From assembly GCA_951406725.2 (NCBI GenBank), contig OX597840.1, positions 35,712,001-35,776,000 on the forward strand: DNA of 64,000 nucleotides, in the 5' to 3' direction. Below the pieces are notes generated by a model. The model saw only the letters and a program-made list of their open reading frames with translations, searched no databases and was not told the origin of the DNA. Shown piece by piece: positions 1 through 14,756 of the stretch (its first letter is position 1; each line of letters begins with the position of its first letter). The translations under genes were made by a program, and so were the position numbers. Origin of the DNA: Octopus vulgaris (lineage: Eukaryota).

Positions 1-1478
1 ATAAAATTGAACAGAAGCCTATTTGCTGACAAACACGAAAACACACACACACACACTATTGTCAAATTTAAAGAAAACAAATGAATCTTAATGTTTTACT
101 GTTGCAAATATGAGGAATTGAAGAAATGGAATCTGTTGGTTATTTGCGATGGAGGTGGAGGTGTGCTGGCACAGTGGCAACGTGGTGCTGATGTCTACTG
201 ATTTGAAGATTTTAAGGCAGCATCAGTTGGCAGCTTACCAGTTCTCTGCTGAGCAAAACAACAACCGAAAAAATTATTTGGATGCGTTCTGAAATATCTA
301 ACAAATGACTAATACCGTTATGAGATGGAAGAAATTGCAGCCAATATGTGCAGCTGCTTTGTAAAGAATTTGGTGCAAATTCTTTGGTTGACATTGTATT
401 TTCTCAAAGAATTTCAAAGAAAATATTTCTTGCTGATGTTTTTGTTTTTGTTTGAAGCAGTGGTCATGAATGGATTGGTGGGGGTGTTACGGGTTGTAGT
501 AAAAAAAAAAAAAAAAAAAAAAAATTCTTGGAAGTTGTTGCTAGGATAGACGACAGGTTTGAATCATTTGGGTTGCTTTGTTTCTTCTTTTACTGCGGCC
601 ATGCTGGAGCATTGCTTTGAAGGGATTTTAGTCAGATCGACCCACTTATGCTTTCTTTATTTTTTTCTTTGGTAAAACCCTATTTATTCTATCAGACATT
701 TCTGCTGAATTTGCTAAGTTACAGGAACATAAACAAACCAACACCAGCTGTCAAGCAGTGAGGGTCATGGTAGGAATGCATACACACACAGTGGGCTTCC
801 ACACAGTTTCTGTCTAACAAATCCACTCGCAAGGCATTGGTTGGCCTAGGGCTTTAGAAAATATATTCCTAAGGTGCTGTGCACTGGGACGGGACAGAAC
901 CTGAAACCTCATGGTTGCAAAGTACTTAACCAGCCAGCCATTTCTCTCTCTCTTTTTTTTTGTGGTTTGACTGACGTGGGTTGACTAAGTCTAACCACAC
1001 CTAACCATCATCTGTTGCAGTTCTTAGTCATCTGGCACACACCAACATTCATCTGACCAACTTCTGTAGCTGCTCTTTTTGTTTTTCTTTTTTTTTCTTG
1101 TCTTTACTGCAGACAACTCCAACCACTTTAGTCTGCAGTGAATGCATTTAGGATGCTATCAGCACCAGAGAGGTTACCTGTCTTGAGACAGCACCCACCC
1201 CGGGTGGATGCTGTCTCGAGACAAGACCAGACCTATGACAGAGCCAAAGAGCTTCCTCTTTATGGTCAAGCGGGGTGGGTGGTGGTGGGTGATAACAGTT
1301 AAAATAGCTGCGGCCCTTGGGTGTCCTTCTGGCTCTCAACAGTTTTCACTCAATAAATGTTTTCCTTCTGTTTTTCTTAATTGCAAAGGAAGCTCTGTGA
1401 GTTAGGGGTGCATATTAAGGTGTACTTGCTAACCCTTTTTGATGCTAACCTGTTTGAGTTAACCCCTTGGTCTCAAAA

Positions 1479-1693
1479 AGGCAGCAAGCTGGCAGAATCG
1501 TTAGCATGCCGGACGAAATGCTAAACGGTATTTCGTCTGTCGCTATGTTCTGAGTTCAAATTCCGCTGAGGTCGACTTTGCCTTTCATCCTTTCAGGGTC
1601 GATTAAATAAGTACCAGTTGCGCTCTGGGGTCGATGTAATCAACTTAATCCATTTGTCCTTGTTTAGCCCCTTGTGGGTAGTAAAGAAATAGG
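1479..1693 (+). mobile_element. tRNA-derived SINE family A (central domain resembles Nin/Deu-type)
   Basis: Head ggcagcaagctggcagaatcgttagc, B-box gagttcaaattcc, core gtcgactttgcctttcatcctttc.gggtcgat..aataagtacc. Flanked by a near-direct repeat (taac.ccttggtctcaaa). Confidence 0.8.
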
Positions 1694-3809
1694 TAACTCC
1701 TTGGTCTCAAATCCTCACATTTAACCCTTTTGTTATGCATTGCTTTGGTTTTATAAGGGTTTTGAAAATAATGGAAGAATTTAGTCAAATTATTTTGTCA
1801 TTATGGAGGTGGCTTTTGGAACATCATTTGGTGTCTGCTTTTCCATGCTGGCATGGGTTTGACTGGAACTGGTAAGCCAGAGAGCTGCACCAAATTCCAG
1901 TCTGATTTGGTTTGGCAACCTATTGCTGGATGCCCTTCCTAATGCCAACCACTCCAAGAGTGTAGTGGGTGCTTTCTACGACCCACTGGTACTTTTATGT
2001 GCCACTGGCATGGGTGCCAGTTGTGTTGCACTGGCATAGGCTACACCTATGATTTCAATTTGGAATGTCTTACTTTGGATCAGTTGAAACAGGTTTCTAT
2101 CAAAGATGGTGGGGACAATTTCAGGTGGGTTGGTATCAATATGAAAACGGTTAATTTGTTTCAAACATCTTTTGCTTGTTTGTCGTTGGATTGCAGCAGT
2201 GCTGGGGGGGGACACTACCTTCAGGAATCTTTAATCAAAGGAATTGACCGTGGTACTCTTTTACTTGTTTCAGTCATTTGACCGTGGCCATGCTGGAGCA
2301 CCGCCTTTAGTCGAGCAAATCGACCGCAGGACTTATTCTTTGTAAGCCTAGTACTTATTCTATCGGCCTCTTTTGCCAAACTAAGTTACGGGGTCGTAAA
2401 CTCACCGGCATTGGTTGTCAAGCGATGTTGGGGACACACATACAATGGGCTTCTTTCAGTTTCCGTCTACCAAATCCACTTGCAAGGCTTTGGTCGGCCT
2501 GAGGCTATAATAGAAGACACTTGCCCAAGATGCCACACAGTGGGACTGAACCCGGAACCATGAGGTTGGTAAGCAAGCAACTTACCACACAGCCACTCCT
2601 GCGCCTGGTACTTTATTTTTTTTTTAAACCCTGGTACTTAATCTATCAATCTGTCTTGCTGAACCCCCAAGTTATGGAGATGTAAACACACCGACACAGG
2701 TTGTCGAGAAGTGGTAGGACACACACACACACACACGGGGCTCACAAGGCTTTTCGTTGGCCTTAGTCATAGTAGACACTTGCACAGATGAACAGAAAAA
2801 TTCAGGCCTGAATCAATTAAAATAAGGTTTTGTGAATGGTGGGACCGAAGTAGACAGGACTTCCTAACTGACAGAAGTTGCTTGAGGAGGTTGCAAACAA
2901 CATATTTTGCTTCCTTAGTTTTTTTAGCTTTGAAAAGGGGGAAGACACACAGACAGACCCACTTATAAGGAGCTGGTTTGGATGATGATGATGATGATGA
3001 TGGTGGTGGATTTGTAGATTTGTGTATTAGTCAGTAATCTGTTTGTAGTGCCCCTGAAAGTTATATTTTAATTAAAAAAAAACAAAAAAATCTCAAAATA
3101 ACAAAAGTTGGTGTCTATAATTAATCTAACCCCGGTTTAACTTTTGCCGTTAAATAGGGTCCCCCTTCACAAAACAGCAGGTGTCTAGTCCCCCCCTTAC
3201 ATCATGTTTTGATCCTGATATTGGATTGAACCTCCACCGTGAATAAATTTCAAAGGAAGGAGTGGTCGGGGGACAATGAAATTTTTTTTGTCTCCGGGTT
3301 TTAATTCTATTAACGTAAATTAAAAGAAAAAAAAAGAAAAAAAGGTGATAAATATTTGTCTTTGGGCGATGGTGACGCTGATGATGATGATAATGATGCT
3401 GGCATTGTGATACCTGAAAAGAAAGTATTAAGTATTGTTCTATTTTATAAAAGATAAGGATTATATGCGAAATCCCCTGTTTAGCCTCCCTCTAAATGTA
3501 TAATACAATTCCTAGGGATATGAGTGTGGGTGTGTGTGTGTGTGTGTAAGGCATTTGTAGGAAGTAGGAGGGGGGAGGGTTTGTAGGTAACCCCCTCTCT
3601 ATTAGCAGGAAGCTTGTTAATCTGTTTGAAGGCAGATGGCCTCCCCCACCGAATGGTGTAGGGGGAAGGGGTTACTTTTGTTGTAGTCCTGGTGGTGGTG
3701 GTGGTGGTAGTGAGATAATCCATTTATTTGATGGTCATTCGGGTCACCCGGCAAAGGCTTTCATCTATTATTCTTTTCCTCTTCCTTTCACCATCATTGG
3801 GGTTAAATC

Positions 3810-4253
3810 TTCTCTCTGTATATCTGTGTCTCTCTGTCTCTCTCTCTCTGTCTCTTTCTCTCTCTGTCTCTTTCTCTCTCTCTCTGTCTCTTTCTCTTTC
3901 TCTCTCTCTGTCTCTTTCTCTCTCTCTCTGTCTCTCTCTCTCTCTCTGTCTCTTTCTCTCTCTCTGTCTCTTTCTCTCTCTCTCTCTGTCTCTTTCTCTC
4001 TCTCTGTCTCTTTCTCTTTCTCTCTCTCTTTCTCTCTGTCTCTTTCTCTTTCTCTGTCTCTTTCTCTCTCTCTCTGTCTCTTTCTCTCTCTCTGTCTCTC
4101 TCTCTCTCTCTCTGTCTCTGTCTCTCTCTCTGTCTCTGTCTCTCTCTCTGTCTCTGTCTCTCTGTCTCTCTCTGTCTCTCTCTCTCTCTCTGTCTCTCTC
4201 TCTCTCTGTCTCTTTCTCTCTCTGTCTCTTTCTCTCTCTGTCTCTTTCTCTCT
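3810..4253. repeat. Compound (CT)n/(CTGT)/(CTTT) microsatellite
   Basis: Seen directly; the source of the spurious RE/SL ORFs. Confidence 0.98.
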
Positions 4254-7096
4254 CGTGACCTGTACGAAGTTCTAGAGACAAAAGTGCTGCATGGGATTCG
4301 TGATAGTTTCCTAAATCATATATTGCTTCTTCTTCACTTATAACTGCTTATAAACAGTGACCTGTTCCTCACTGCAGTGCTTGGTACTTGGTTTATATAA
4401 CCACTCAGTCTGCTTTCTCAAAACTGCCCATTTCCATTTAAAAATTCTCTTAATTAAAACCTCATTCCATCAAAATTTCATAATGTCCTAACCACCCTTC
4501 TGATACCAGCTTTCTCAAGACTTCCCTTCGTTTTAGGATACAAAAACTTGCTTTTTGAAAGTCATGTAAATGAAAACTTGGAAACTTTTGTTGTTCCAAT
4601 CACCAACTTTGACAATTTTACCAAATTCTTCATTATTTTCAAAATACACTTAACCCGTTCATTACCATATTTCTGTTAAGATGCTCTGTGTTTCTGAGTT
4701 CAAATTCCGCTGAGGTCGACTTTGCCTTTCATCCTTTCGGGGTCGATTAAATAAGTACCAGTTTCGCACTGGGGTCGATATAATCGACTTAATCCGTTTG
4801 TTTGTCCTTGTTTGTCCCTTCTATGTTTAGCCCCTTGTGGGCAGTAAAGAAACAGGTATTTCGTCTGTTGCTACGTTCTGAGTTCAAATTCCGCTGAGGT
4901 CGACTTTGCCTTTCATCCTTTCGGGGTCGATAAATTAAGTACCAGTTACGCACTGGGGGTCGATGTAATCGACTTTATCCGTTTGTCTAGTGTAAGGATT
5001 CTGCCAGCTTCCTGCCTTCATTGATGATGATGACAATAATAATAATAATAATGTTTCTAATTTAGGCATAAACCCAATAATGCTTTTTTTTTTAGAGTTC
5101 ATTATATCATTCCCAGTGCTTGTTATTGACCACAGAAGAAAAAAAAAAAAGCATAGTTGACTTCTGTTGGATTTGAACTCAGAACCTAGAGAGGTGAAGC
5201 AAGTGCTGTAAAGGACTTTCCCTGGTATTCTCACCCTCATGATTTGAACCATCTTCCGCCCTCATAATTAGAATCCATTTTCATAGTCATATTTTATGAG
5301 TCAGGGTTTAAAAATATACAAATGTACAAATATTATTTGGTAACTGAACGGGGAAGGAAGATAAAACCCCAAATCTCAGAAGGGTGTGTGCTGAATTCTT
5401 GCAATGTCTTCGTGTAGGAGGCTTCGGTGTCTTCATTTCAGCCTCTTGAGATTAGCACTCCCATGTATCCATGGCAACATAAATGTGGAAGTTAGAGGAA
5501 AAAAATGTTTTGTTCATTTGAAGGCAAAATAGTTTTACTGTCTTGGTTTTTAGGATTGGGTTGAGTTCCACTGCATGGCACCTTGGCCAGATGTCTTCCA
5601 CTATAGCCCCAGACTGGCCAAAAGCTTTGAATGGAATTCAGTACATAGAAGCCTGTTGTAATGTGTGTGTGTGTGTGTGTAGGTTTTCAGTCTCCTTGTC
5701 TTCATACAGCTGTGTGATAGTTGTAAAGGAGTGTCACTGTCATACAGGTGGTGTCGTTCATTTTGCAATGGCTGCGAGTAAAAACAAGGTGGCAAACTGG
5801 CAGAAATGTTAGCACACTGGGCGAAATGCTTAGCGGTATTTTGTCTTTGTTCTGAGTTCAAATTCCCCCGAGGTTGACTTTGCTTTTCATCCTTTCGGTG
5901 TTGATAAATTAAGTACCAGTTACACATTGGGGTCAATCTAATCGATTGTCCCCCTCCCCCAAAATTTCAGGCCTTGTTCCTAGAGTAGAAAAGAATATCC
6001 TCTTAAGGCAGCAAGCTGGCAGAAACGTTAACATGCTGGGCGAAATGCTTAGCGGTATTTTGTCTGTCTTTACGTTCTGAGTTTAAATTCCCCCGAGGTC
6101 GACTTTGTCTCACATCCTTTCGCGGTTGATAAATTAAGTACCAGTTGCATACTGGGGTCAACCTAATTGACTGGCCCCTGCCCCTAACATTTCTGGCCTC
6201 TTGTCTAGATAAGAAAAGAATATCTTGCAAAAAACATACCTGGTTATAGGGGAATAAGCATGGCCGTGTGGTGATAGGTTTGCTCCCCAACTTTATGGTT
6301 CTGGGTTCACTCCCACTGTGTGGTAACTTGGAAAGGTGTCTTTTACTGTTGCTTTGGGCCAACGAAAGCCTTGTGATTGGATTTGGTAGAAGGAAACTGA
6401 AAGCAAGACACATGCACACATTTGTTTGTCCCACCCCATCACTGGTGTTGGTCCTTATGTGCTGACTTCAAATTTTGCTAAGGTTGACTTAGTCTTTCGC
6501 CCTTTTGGGGTCGATCAAGTAAGACCAATTGAGCACTGGGGGTTAGTGAAATCGACTTACCTTCTCCCTCGAAATTGCTGGCCTTGTGTTACAATTTGAA
6601 ATCATTAAGATTATAATAATAAACTCCCCTGCCATCTATCTTATTCCTGTTGCCTTTAATATTTCCATCACTGGCTCTTTGTCAGAAATGTGTTACAAAT
6701 GAATCCATTGTTTAATTCCTATCCAGGGCCTTCCTTTTAATGAGTCTATATCTTTACTATGTAAACTTGTTCAGCCCCAGGTAAACCATATCACACAGAC
6801 TGATCAAAGGAATTCCATCTGTAATTATCCCATAATTTACCTTTACACAATGAACCAGGGTCATATTTACCTGACATAAGGTAATTTTAGGTTTCCCTTG
6901 ACCCTTTCATTACTGTATTTATTTTGAGATGTTTTATCATTAAGCTAGTGTTAGGAACATAAATTGTGACTAAGGTTTGGTGGGAGATTTTAATTCAAAA
7001 CTTATGAAAACAAGACTATTGAACTACAGAACCAGAGGCTGTTTCAGCCAGGTTGGTAACAAAAGGGTTAAGAATTGTTTCTCTATTATGTTTTAA

Positions 7097-7311
7097 CCCT
7101 TTTGTTACCATATTTCTGTTGAGATGCTCTGTGTTTCTTTCAATTAATTTTAAATATAACAAAGAATTTAGTAAAATAATTTAGTTATCATTAAGCTAGT
7201 GTTAGGAACATAAATTGTGATTAAGGTTTGATGGAAGATTTTAATTCAAAACTTATGAAAACAAGACATTTGTACTCAGACCTGGTTTTAGCCGGGTTGG
7301 TTACGAAAGGA
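7097..7311. mobile_element. piggyBac-type MITE, family 1
   Basis: TTAA|CCCTTTTGTTACC ... GGTTACGAAAGGA|TTAA. Related copies at ~6899-7071, ~8017-8142, 19871-20225 and ~24060-24220. Confidence 0.75.
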
Positions 7312-8505
7312 TTAAACAGTGCCATCAACTTTGTCTGCTATTTCTAGCAGGGCAAGCAGCTACATAGTTTATTCATATAAAGCTGTTAGTCACAAGTGAA
7401 GGGTGTGTTCAAAACCTGGAATGTGAGCAAGGATTCTTTTCTGGAAGATTAATCATCGCTTTAAGGTCACAACCCACCAATTTGACCTTTTTTTCGTTTT
7501 AGATTTTCAGTTGAGTGATTATTAGCTGCTGTAATTTTAGTCGTAGGAAGAAAGGAAGGATGGTCAGTTGTGTCTCCATCTAATTATGTGGTAGACTGCA
7601 TTCCAGTAGATAGGATATGGACACCCACTCATCCAGTTTTTCTATTCACCGTTTCTATAAGAGTTGTGGGGGTAGATTTTCCATGCAGGATTCCCAAATA
7701 GGACCTACTGAGGCTATGGATATTATCAAGGATCTTCGGACGCTGGGCCTTTCTTAGGAATCGACAAGGGACCAGGAGATGTGGCAATTTGCTGTATTTG
7801 ATTTTGATAAGAGGTGTCAGAGCACCATCCAAGTGTGATCACTGCCAGAGCGGCTATCTGGCCTCTGTGCTGGTGGCATGTAAAAGGGCACCAGTCGAGC
7901 GTGATCGCTACCAACGTCGCCTTACTGGCACCTGTGCCGGTGGGATGTGTAAAAGATTTGAGTGAGGTCATTGCCAGTGCCTCTGGGCTGGCTCCTGTGC
8001 AGGTGGCACGTAAAAGCTAGTGTTAGGAACATAAATTGTGACTAAGGTTTGGTGGAAGATTTTAATTCAAAACTTACGAAAACAAGACATTTGTACTCAG
8101 AGCCAGAGGCTGTTTCAGCCAGGTTGGTAACGAAAGGGTTAAATAACTTTACTCCTGAAACCATTTGTTGGTGCTACTTCACATTTTTATAAGTATCTTA
8201 GGACCGAAAAAAAAAAATTAAACCCTGATATAGGACTGAAACCGAATCTCTCAATACAAAGTAGCACTACTACCTGGAGCAATTCCCTGATCTCCGTGCT
8301 GTGGACCCTATCAAGTAACATTTCTCCAGAGATTCTTTAGATGAACCCTATTTGTTGATAAAATACGTTTTTGTAAGAATGCTAACTGCCATGGTCTGTT
8401 AGTAGACCTGCCAGTGATGCCACACACATCTGGTCCCATTCCATACTTGTTTGATTACAAGGAACTGTAATTTTCTTGCATTTTTACCATATTTCATAAG
8501 ATTTA

Positions 8506-8695
8506 CCCTCTTAGCATTCAGATTCCTCCGTCAAATGAAATTCTTATTTATTCATGTTGCTTTTAATTAATTACTCGTTATCTTGCAGCTTTGAAATTTT
8601 GATGATTTGATTGTTTATTTTTAGGATATAACAGTGTAAGGTAGGTGTGAAAGGCCAGATCTGGCTGGGTGTGGCCAGTTTAAAACGCTAAAGGG
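8506..8695. mobile_element. piggyBac-type MITE, family 2
   Basis: ccct(c)ttagcattcagatt ... gctaaaggg|TTAA. Related pieces at ~12900-13220, ~16330-16880 and a head-to-tail array at ~39048-40210. Confidence 0.6.
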
Positions 8696-8724
8696 TTAAT
8701 ATAATAATAATAATAATAATAATA

Positions 8725-9105
8725 ATTGTGTGCAGTGCTCAGGTGCACTACAACTCATCTAAAGTGTATATATAATCAGGTGTAGTTTCGACGGATTTCG
8801 GGAAGCATGAGGGCCTTAAAGGATGCAGTGTCATGGCAGTCAACAACTGATGCAGGCAGTTTATTCCACGCTTCAGCAACCCTGAGCGTGAAAAAATGTT
8901 TCCGAAAGTCATGGGAGCTGTGCTGTTTTCTGACTTTGTAGGCATGTCCACGTGTGTTAGACACATGGAGATCAAAAAGGTGTTCAGTGTTGTTGTTGGT
9001 GAGGTGGTTGGTAACCTTGTGGGTGTTTACCAAGTCCGTCGCTAGACGCCGGAGCTTCAGTGAATCCATGCCCAGGGAAACAAGGCGCTCAGAATATTTT
9101 GCACT
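8725..9105 (-). mobile_element. CR1-like LINE 3' fragment
   Basis: SLKLRRLATDL...NTRGHAYKVRK...RKHFFTLRVAEAWNKLP is a typical CR1-group ORF2 C-terminus. A (TAA)n tract is adjacent to the 3' end. Confidence 0.85.
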
Positions 9106-9297
9106 TGTGTGATTTAATCCTTCAACATTCAAACCAGCCGTATCAGGTCTGAATATTCTGTTTTAAGTTCAAACCAGCCTTCCATGCCTACCCTGCTGCG
9201 ATATCCTTCTAAAAATAAGCAATCACCTCAAGAAAATCTCAAAGCCGAGATATGAATGATTACATTTGACGGAATAATATGATTGCTAGGAATAATA

Positions 9298-9785
9298 AGG
9301 TGGCGAGCTGGCAGAAACGTTCATGCACCGGGCGAAATGCTTAGCGGAATTTCATCTGCTGTTACGTTCTGAGTTCAAATTCCGCCGAGGTCGACTTTGC
9401 CTTTCATCCTTTTCGGGGTCAATCAAATAAGTACCAGTTACGCACTGGGGTCGATATAATCAGTTCAAATTCTGCCGAGGTCAACTTTGCCTTTCATGCT
9501 TTCAGGGTTGATAAATTAAGTACCAGTTACGCACTGGTGTTGATGTAATCTACTTAATCCATTTGTCTGTTCTTGTTTGTCCCCTCTGCGTGTAGCCCCT
9601 TGTGGATAGTAAAGAAATAGGTATTGCGTCTGTCTTTATGTTCTGAGTTCAAATTCCACCAAGGTCGACTTTGCCTTTCATCCTTTTTTAGTACCAGTTA
9701 TGCACTGGTGTTGATGTAATCGACTTAATCCCTTTGTCCTTGTTTGTCCCATCTGTTTGGCCCCTTCTGGGCAATAAAGAAATAA
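9298..9785 (+). mobile_element. SINE family A multimer
   Basis: One head followed by about three repeats of the B-box/core unit. Other + copies at ~4694-4990, 5788-6215, 11046-11430, 18470-18830 (21-bp TSD ggtattgcattatattttact) and 60990-61135. Confidence 0.8.
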
Positions 9786-10967
9786 GAATAATATGGCTGC
9801 TAAAGTGTCTGGAACTTATTCTAAATGTTTCTATTGGTGGGTCTCTCTCTCTCTCTCTCACATGCATATATATATATATATATATATATATCTATCATAT
9901 ATATGTATATACATATATACCCACACTCACGGAGTGGTTGGCATTAGGAAGGGCATCCAGCTGTAGAAACACTGCCAGATCAGACTGGAACCTGGTGCAG
10001 CCTCCTGGCTTCCCAGACCCAGGTCAAACTGTCCAACCCATGCTAGCACGGAAAACGGACATTTAACGACGATGATGATACACACACACACACCCATTTA
10101 CAATAGGCTTCCCCACAGTTTCTGTTCATCAAATCCACTCGTAAAAGACACCTGCCCAAGGTGCCATGCAGTGGGTCAGGGAAACCACGTGGTTGAAAAG
10201 AGAGTATCTCAGCCATGCGGCCACTACCCGGTCAGGTATGAAGATGGTCTCTCTCTTCTAACACTAAGACCAAACCAAAGTTGTGATGTTGGTCTCTTGT
10301 CAACAAATAATAGTTTAAATGGAAGAAGCGATTTCGTCGTGAGGAAGAAAACTGATTTCTAAAAAAAAATTTTTTTTTTCTCCTGGCTGTAGATAGATGA
10401 AACATTTACTAATTAGTTAAGCTTTAAAAATAGGAAGTGGTAATGATAGACCTAATTAACAATGTATTAATTAGTCACTTGTGTTAGTGTTCATCTTTCA
10501 TGTTGTCTTGTGTTAATTAGAAATAGTGGCGACAAAAACAATGTTTCACATATTTTCGTTTATACAAGTCTGGGGGGGGGGGGGCAACTATGTTCCCATG
10601 TTATTCTGACCTCATCAGCATTGTACAAATTTCATACTCGCTGGATTAGGTTTGCATAGAATGTTTGAGAATAAGTTACTCTGCTATACCATCTACAAGA
10701 GTTTAGTTGAGTGTTAACAAATATTATTATCAATATCCATTATGTGTTTGTCTATTAGAAGTGAAAAAGAAAAGAAAAAATGCAATTGAGAAGGTTGAGG
10801 GGTGGGTGTACAAGGCCTGAAATTTTGAGGGAGGAGGTCAGCTGATTATATTCATCTTGAAAGGAGCAAAGCTAAAGTTGACCTCAGCGGGATTTGAACT
10901 TGGAATGTAGACGGGCGAAATGCTCATAAGCATTTTGGCCAGCATTCTAATGATTCTGCCATCTTGC

Positions 10968-10969
<2 letters not shown>

Positions 10970-11046
<77 letters not shown>
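10970..11046. repeat. (TAA)n microsatellite
   Basis: About 25 perfect units immediately before a family A SINE. Confidence 0.98.
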
Positions 11047-12189
11047 GGTGAGCTGGCAGAATCGTTAGCACGCCAGGCGAAATGCTTAGCGGTATTTTGT
11101 CTGCTGTTATGTTCTGAGTTCAAATTCTACCGAGGTCAACTTTGCCTTTGATTCTTTCGGGGTCGATAAATTAAGTACTAGTTACGCACTGGGGTCGATA
11201 TAATCGACTTAATCTGTTTGTCTGTCTTTGTTTGTCCCCTCTGTGTTTAGCCCCTTGTGGGTAGTAAAGAAATAGGTATTTCGTCTGCCGCTACATTTCT
11301 GAGTTCAAATTCTACTGCGGTCAACTTTGCCTTTCATCCTACAGACTGGGGCCAATGTAATCGACTTAATCCCTTTGTCTATCCTTGTTTGTCCCCTCTG
11401 TGTTTAGCCCCTTGTGGGCAATAGAGAAATAAATACTTTCAGGTTTTGGCACAAAGCCAGTAATTTTGGGGGTGGGAGAACTGATTATATTGACCCCAGT
11501 TGTTGACTGGTATGAAAGGCAAAGTTAATCTTGGCATGATTTGAACTAAGTGCCAGAAGATATACCACTAAGCACTTGGCCTAACATGCAAATGAATCCA
11601 TCCCCTTCTACCCCCCACACGTACACCCAAGACCTAAAAATTATTGATGAGTCTACAAGTTTTTTTTTTTTTTTCACTTTTACCTTTTCATTGTTTAATC
11701 TGGATTATTTGAAATTTGAGGATTACTTAAGAGAGAGACAAGATAATCCTATTCTTAGCTGGATTAATTACACACGTAAATTGAAAATAGATTTTTGTGC
11801 AATTGGGGTTTATTGTTGGTCCATTTTTTTGTTTGTATTTTTATCCGACATTTAAGGACCAATTAAAACTGGTGGCAGTCGTTAGTCATACTAGAAGAAA
11901 TGTATTTAATCCTAAATTCTCTGATCACAAATCAGACGTTCCAGCTGTGATCCTCCCTCCTCTTTTCCTTTTTTTTTTTTTCTTTCTTCCCCTAGACATG
12001 ATACCTAGGGCTGTGCACCTATTTAGCTATGCCTATTGATGTGGGCTGTGTGGTTAAGTTTGCTTCCCAACCACGTGGTTTCAGGTTCAAGTCCCTCCTG
12101 CATGACTTCTTGGGCAAGTGTCTTCTACATTTATCCTGGGCTGACCAAAATTCTTCAGTGGATCTGTTACATGGAAACTGGGGAAGCCT

Positions 12190-12226
<37 letters not shown>

Positions 12227-14537
12227 GCCTAGGAGTGGCTGTGTGTAAGTAGTTTGCTTACGAACAACATAGTTCCAGGTTCAGTCCCACTGCGTGGCAC
12301 CTTGGGCAAGTATCTTCTATGGCCTCGGTGTGACCAAAGCTTTGTGAGTGGATTTAGTAGACGGAAACTGAAAGAAGTCCATCGTGTGTGTGTTTGTCCC
12401 CCATCATCGCTTGACAACCGATGCGGGTGTGTTTACATCCCCGTAACTTAGTGGTTCGCAAAATGGATTAAGTACTAGGCTTACGACGAATAAGTCCTGG
12501 GGTTGATTTGCTTGACTAAAGGCAGTGCTCCATATATACAATGGGCTTCTTTCAGTTATATATATTCATATACGCGACGGGCTTCTTTGTTTCCTTCTAC
12601 CAAATCCACTCAAGTCTTTGGTCAGCCCGAGGCTATAATAGAAGACACTTGCCGAAGGTGCCACGCAGTGGGACTGAACCCAGAACCATGTGGTTGGTAA
12701 GCAAGCTACTTACCACACAGCCACTCCTGCGCCTATGATAGGTATTAGTGGATGAATCCGGCCAGTTTTGAATATAAAACAGATTGAATATTTTGGGCCA
12801 GATTATAGCTCATTTAAATGCAAAATAATTAACCGTTTTGACACTAATCTACCTGTGGCCACCTTCACATCTATGACACAAACTTCCTGGTTCATCCATT
12901 TAGTATTCAGATATTACTGTGTCAAATGAAATGATTTATTCACATTGCTTTGAATTAATCACGTATAAATGTTGTAGCTTTTGAAGTTTTGATATCATTT
13001 ATTATTAGAATGACATTGTAGGGTAGGTGTGATAGGCTGAATCTGGTCAGTTTGGACATAAAACTGGTTGAATATTTGGGCTGGAAAATCCAAATGCTGT
13101 TGATTAACATAGTTTTTAATTAATTACTCATTATTTTGTAACTATGAGGTTTCGATGATATGGTTGTTTTTTTTAGAATGACATTGTAGGGTAGGTGTGA
13201 GAGGCTGGATATGGCCATGGTTGAGTGAATTTTGTCTCTTTGCAACGATCATGTGGTTAAGGGGTCTTTTTCCATTTTCTGACCCTTGATTCTATTTTTT
13301 GAGTTAGTGGTTTGTTACTGTAGCCCTGGGTGGTCTGTTCCATGTGAATGGAATTTGGTGAATGGAATCTGGCCGCATGTCATGTATGTGTAGTTGTGTA
13401 AAGAAAGCTCTTGAATGTGGTGCCCCAGCATGGCCGCTGACCTTTAATTGAAGTAGATTAAAAAAAAAAAAAGCCTGACCAACACTGATAATGTCTCTCC
13501 TTTTTCCTTTCTTGAAGAAATTTTTTGACTTAGAGCAGAGTGGGCCCTGCCAGAGCTAAAAAATGCTCAAGGGAGACTGTGTGTGATGAAAGTACCCCTA
13601 AAACTCCATCAGGAATTGCAGGCCAAAGGCAGGGCCTGGTAAACCTAATTTTCACCTTTAAACTGTTTAGTAATTGTACCTATTTCTTTATTACCCACAA
13701 GGGGCTTAACACAGAGGGGACAGACATATGTATTAAGTCGATTACATCGACCCCAGGGCGTAACTGGTACTTAATTTATCGACCCCGAAAGGATGAAAGG
13801 CAAAGTCGACCTGTTTAGTAATTGTACCGAGCAGGTGTAACTCATCATCGTTTAACGTCTGTTTTCCATGCTAGCATGGGTTGGACGGTTCGACCGGGGC
13901 CTAGGAAGCCAGAAGGCGGCTCCAGTCTGATCTGGCAAGGTTTCTACAGCTGGATGCCAGCCACTCCGTGTGTGTAGTGAATTTTTACGTGCCAGGAGAG
14001 GCTGGCAATGGCCACGATCGGTTGGTGTTTTTAACGTGCCACCAGCACAGGTATCACAACTACAATTTCCATAACTATGTCAAGAAACTTGCTGCCCAAC
14101 CATGTGGTCTTGGGTTTATGACCATGGGTCACCCAAAGCCTTGTAAGTGGATTCGGTGGACAGAAATTCTTGTTTCTGTGACCTGTTATCTTGACATTGT
14201 GATTGGTTGTAAACAAGCATCACTGTTAAATAGGCGGTGTTGTTCATTTCTGGTCTTCCATCGAAACCATGTCTGGTCATGGAGGAACCATTACCCTGCT
14301 TGGAAACAGGGGAGGGTTGGTGACCGGAAAGGCATCTGGTTGTAGAAAAATCTGCTTCAACAAACTATACCTATTTCTTTACTACCCACAAGGGGCTAAA
14401 CACAGGGGACAAACGGATTAAGCCGATTTTTTTATCGACCCCAGTGCATAACTGGTACTTATTTAATCGACCATGAAAGGATAAGTTGACCTCGGCGGAA
14501 TTTAAACTCAGAAGTGGCAGATGAAATAACTCTAAGC

Positions 14538-14756
14538 CAGTGGTTTTCAACCAGGGTTCCGCGGAATCTTAGGGTTCCACCAGTACAGTCCAGGGGTTCT
14601 GCAAGAAGTTACAAAACTGCTAAAATCGGCAGTAATTTTTGAGTCTCCTGTGCAGATACATATGCATAAGACTATTAAATTATTGCACAGGGGTTCCTCG
14701 AGCCAGTGGAATGCTTCCTTGGGGTTCCGCTCCAGCAAAAAGTTTGAAAAGCACTG
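14538..14756. mobile_element. hAT-type MITE
   Basis: TIRs CAGTGGTTTTCAA / TTGAAAAGCACTG with an exact 8-bp TSD CTCTAAGC (14530-37 and 14757-64). Confidence 0.9.

Noticed and set aside
3330-3430. Acceptor-like ttcttttcag on the minus strand followed by ATG (MPASLSSSS...)
   Set aside because: Runs into low-complexity sequence and homopolymers, with no homology or partner exons.
3724-4281. 185-aa RE-rich ORF and the opposite-strand SL-rich ORFs
   Set aside because: Pure translation of a (CT)n compound microsatellite; no splice or domain support.
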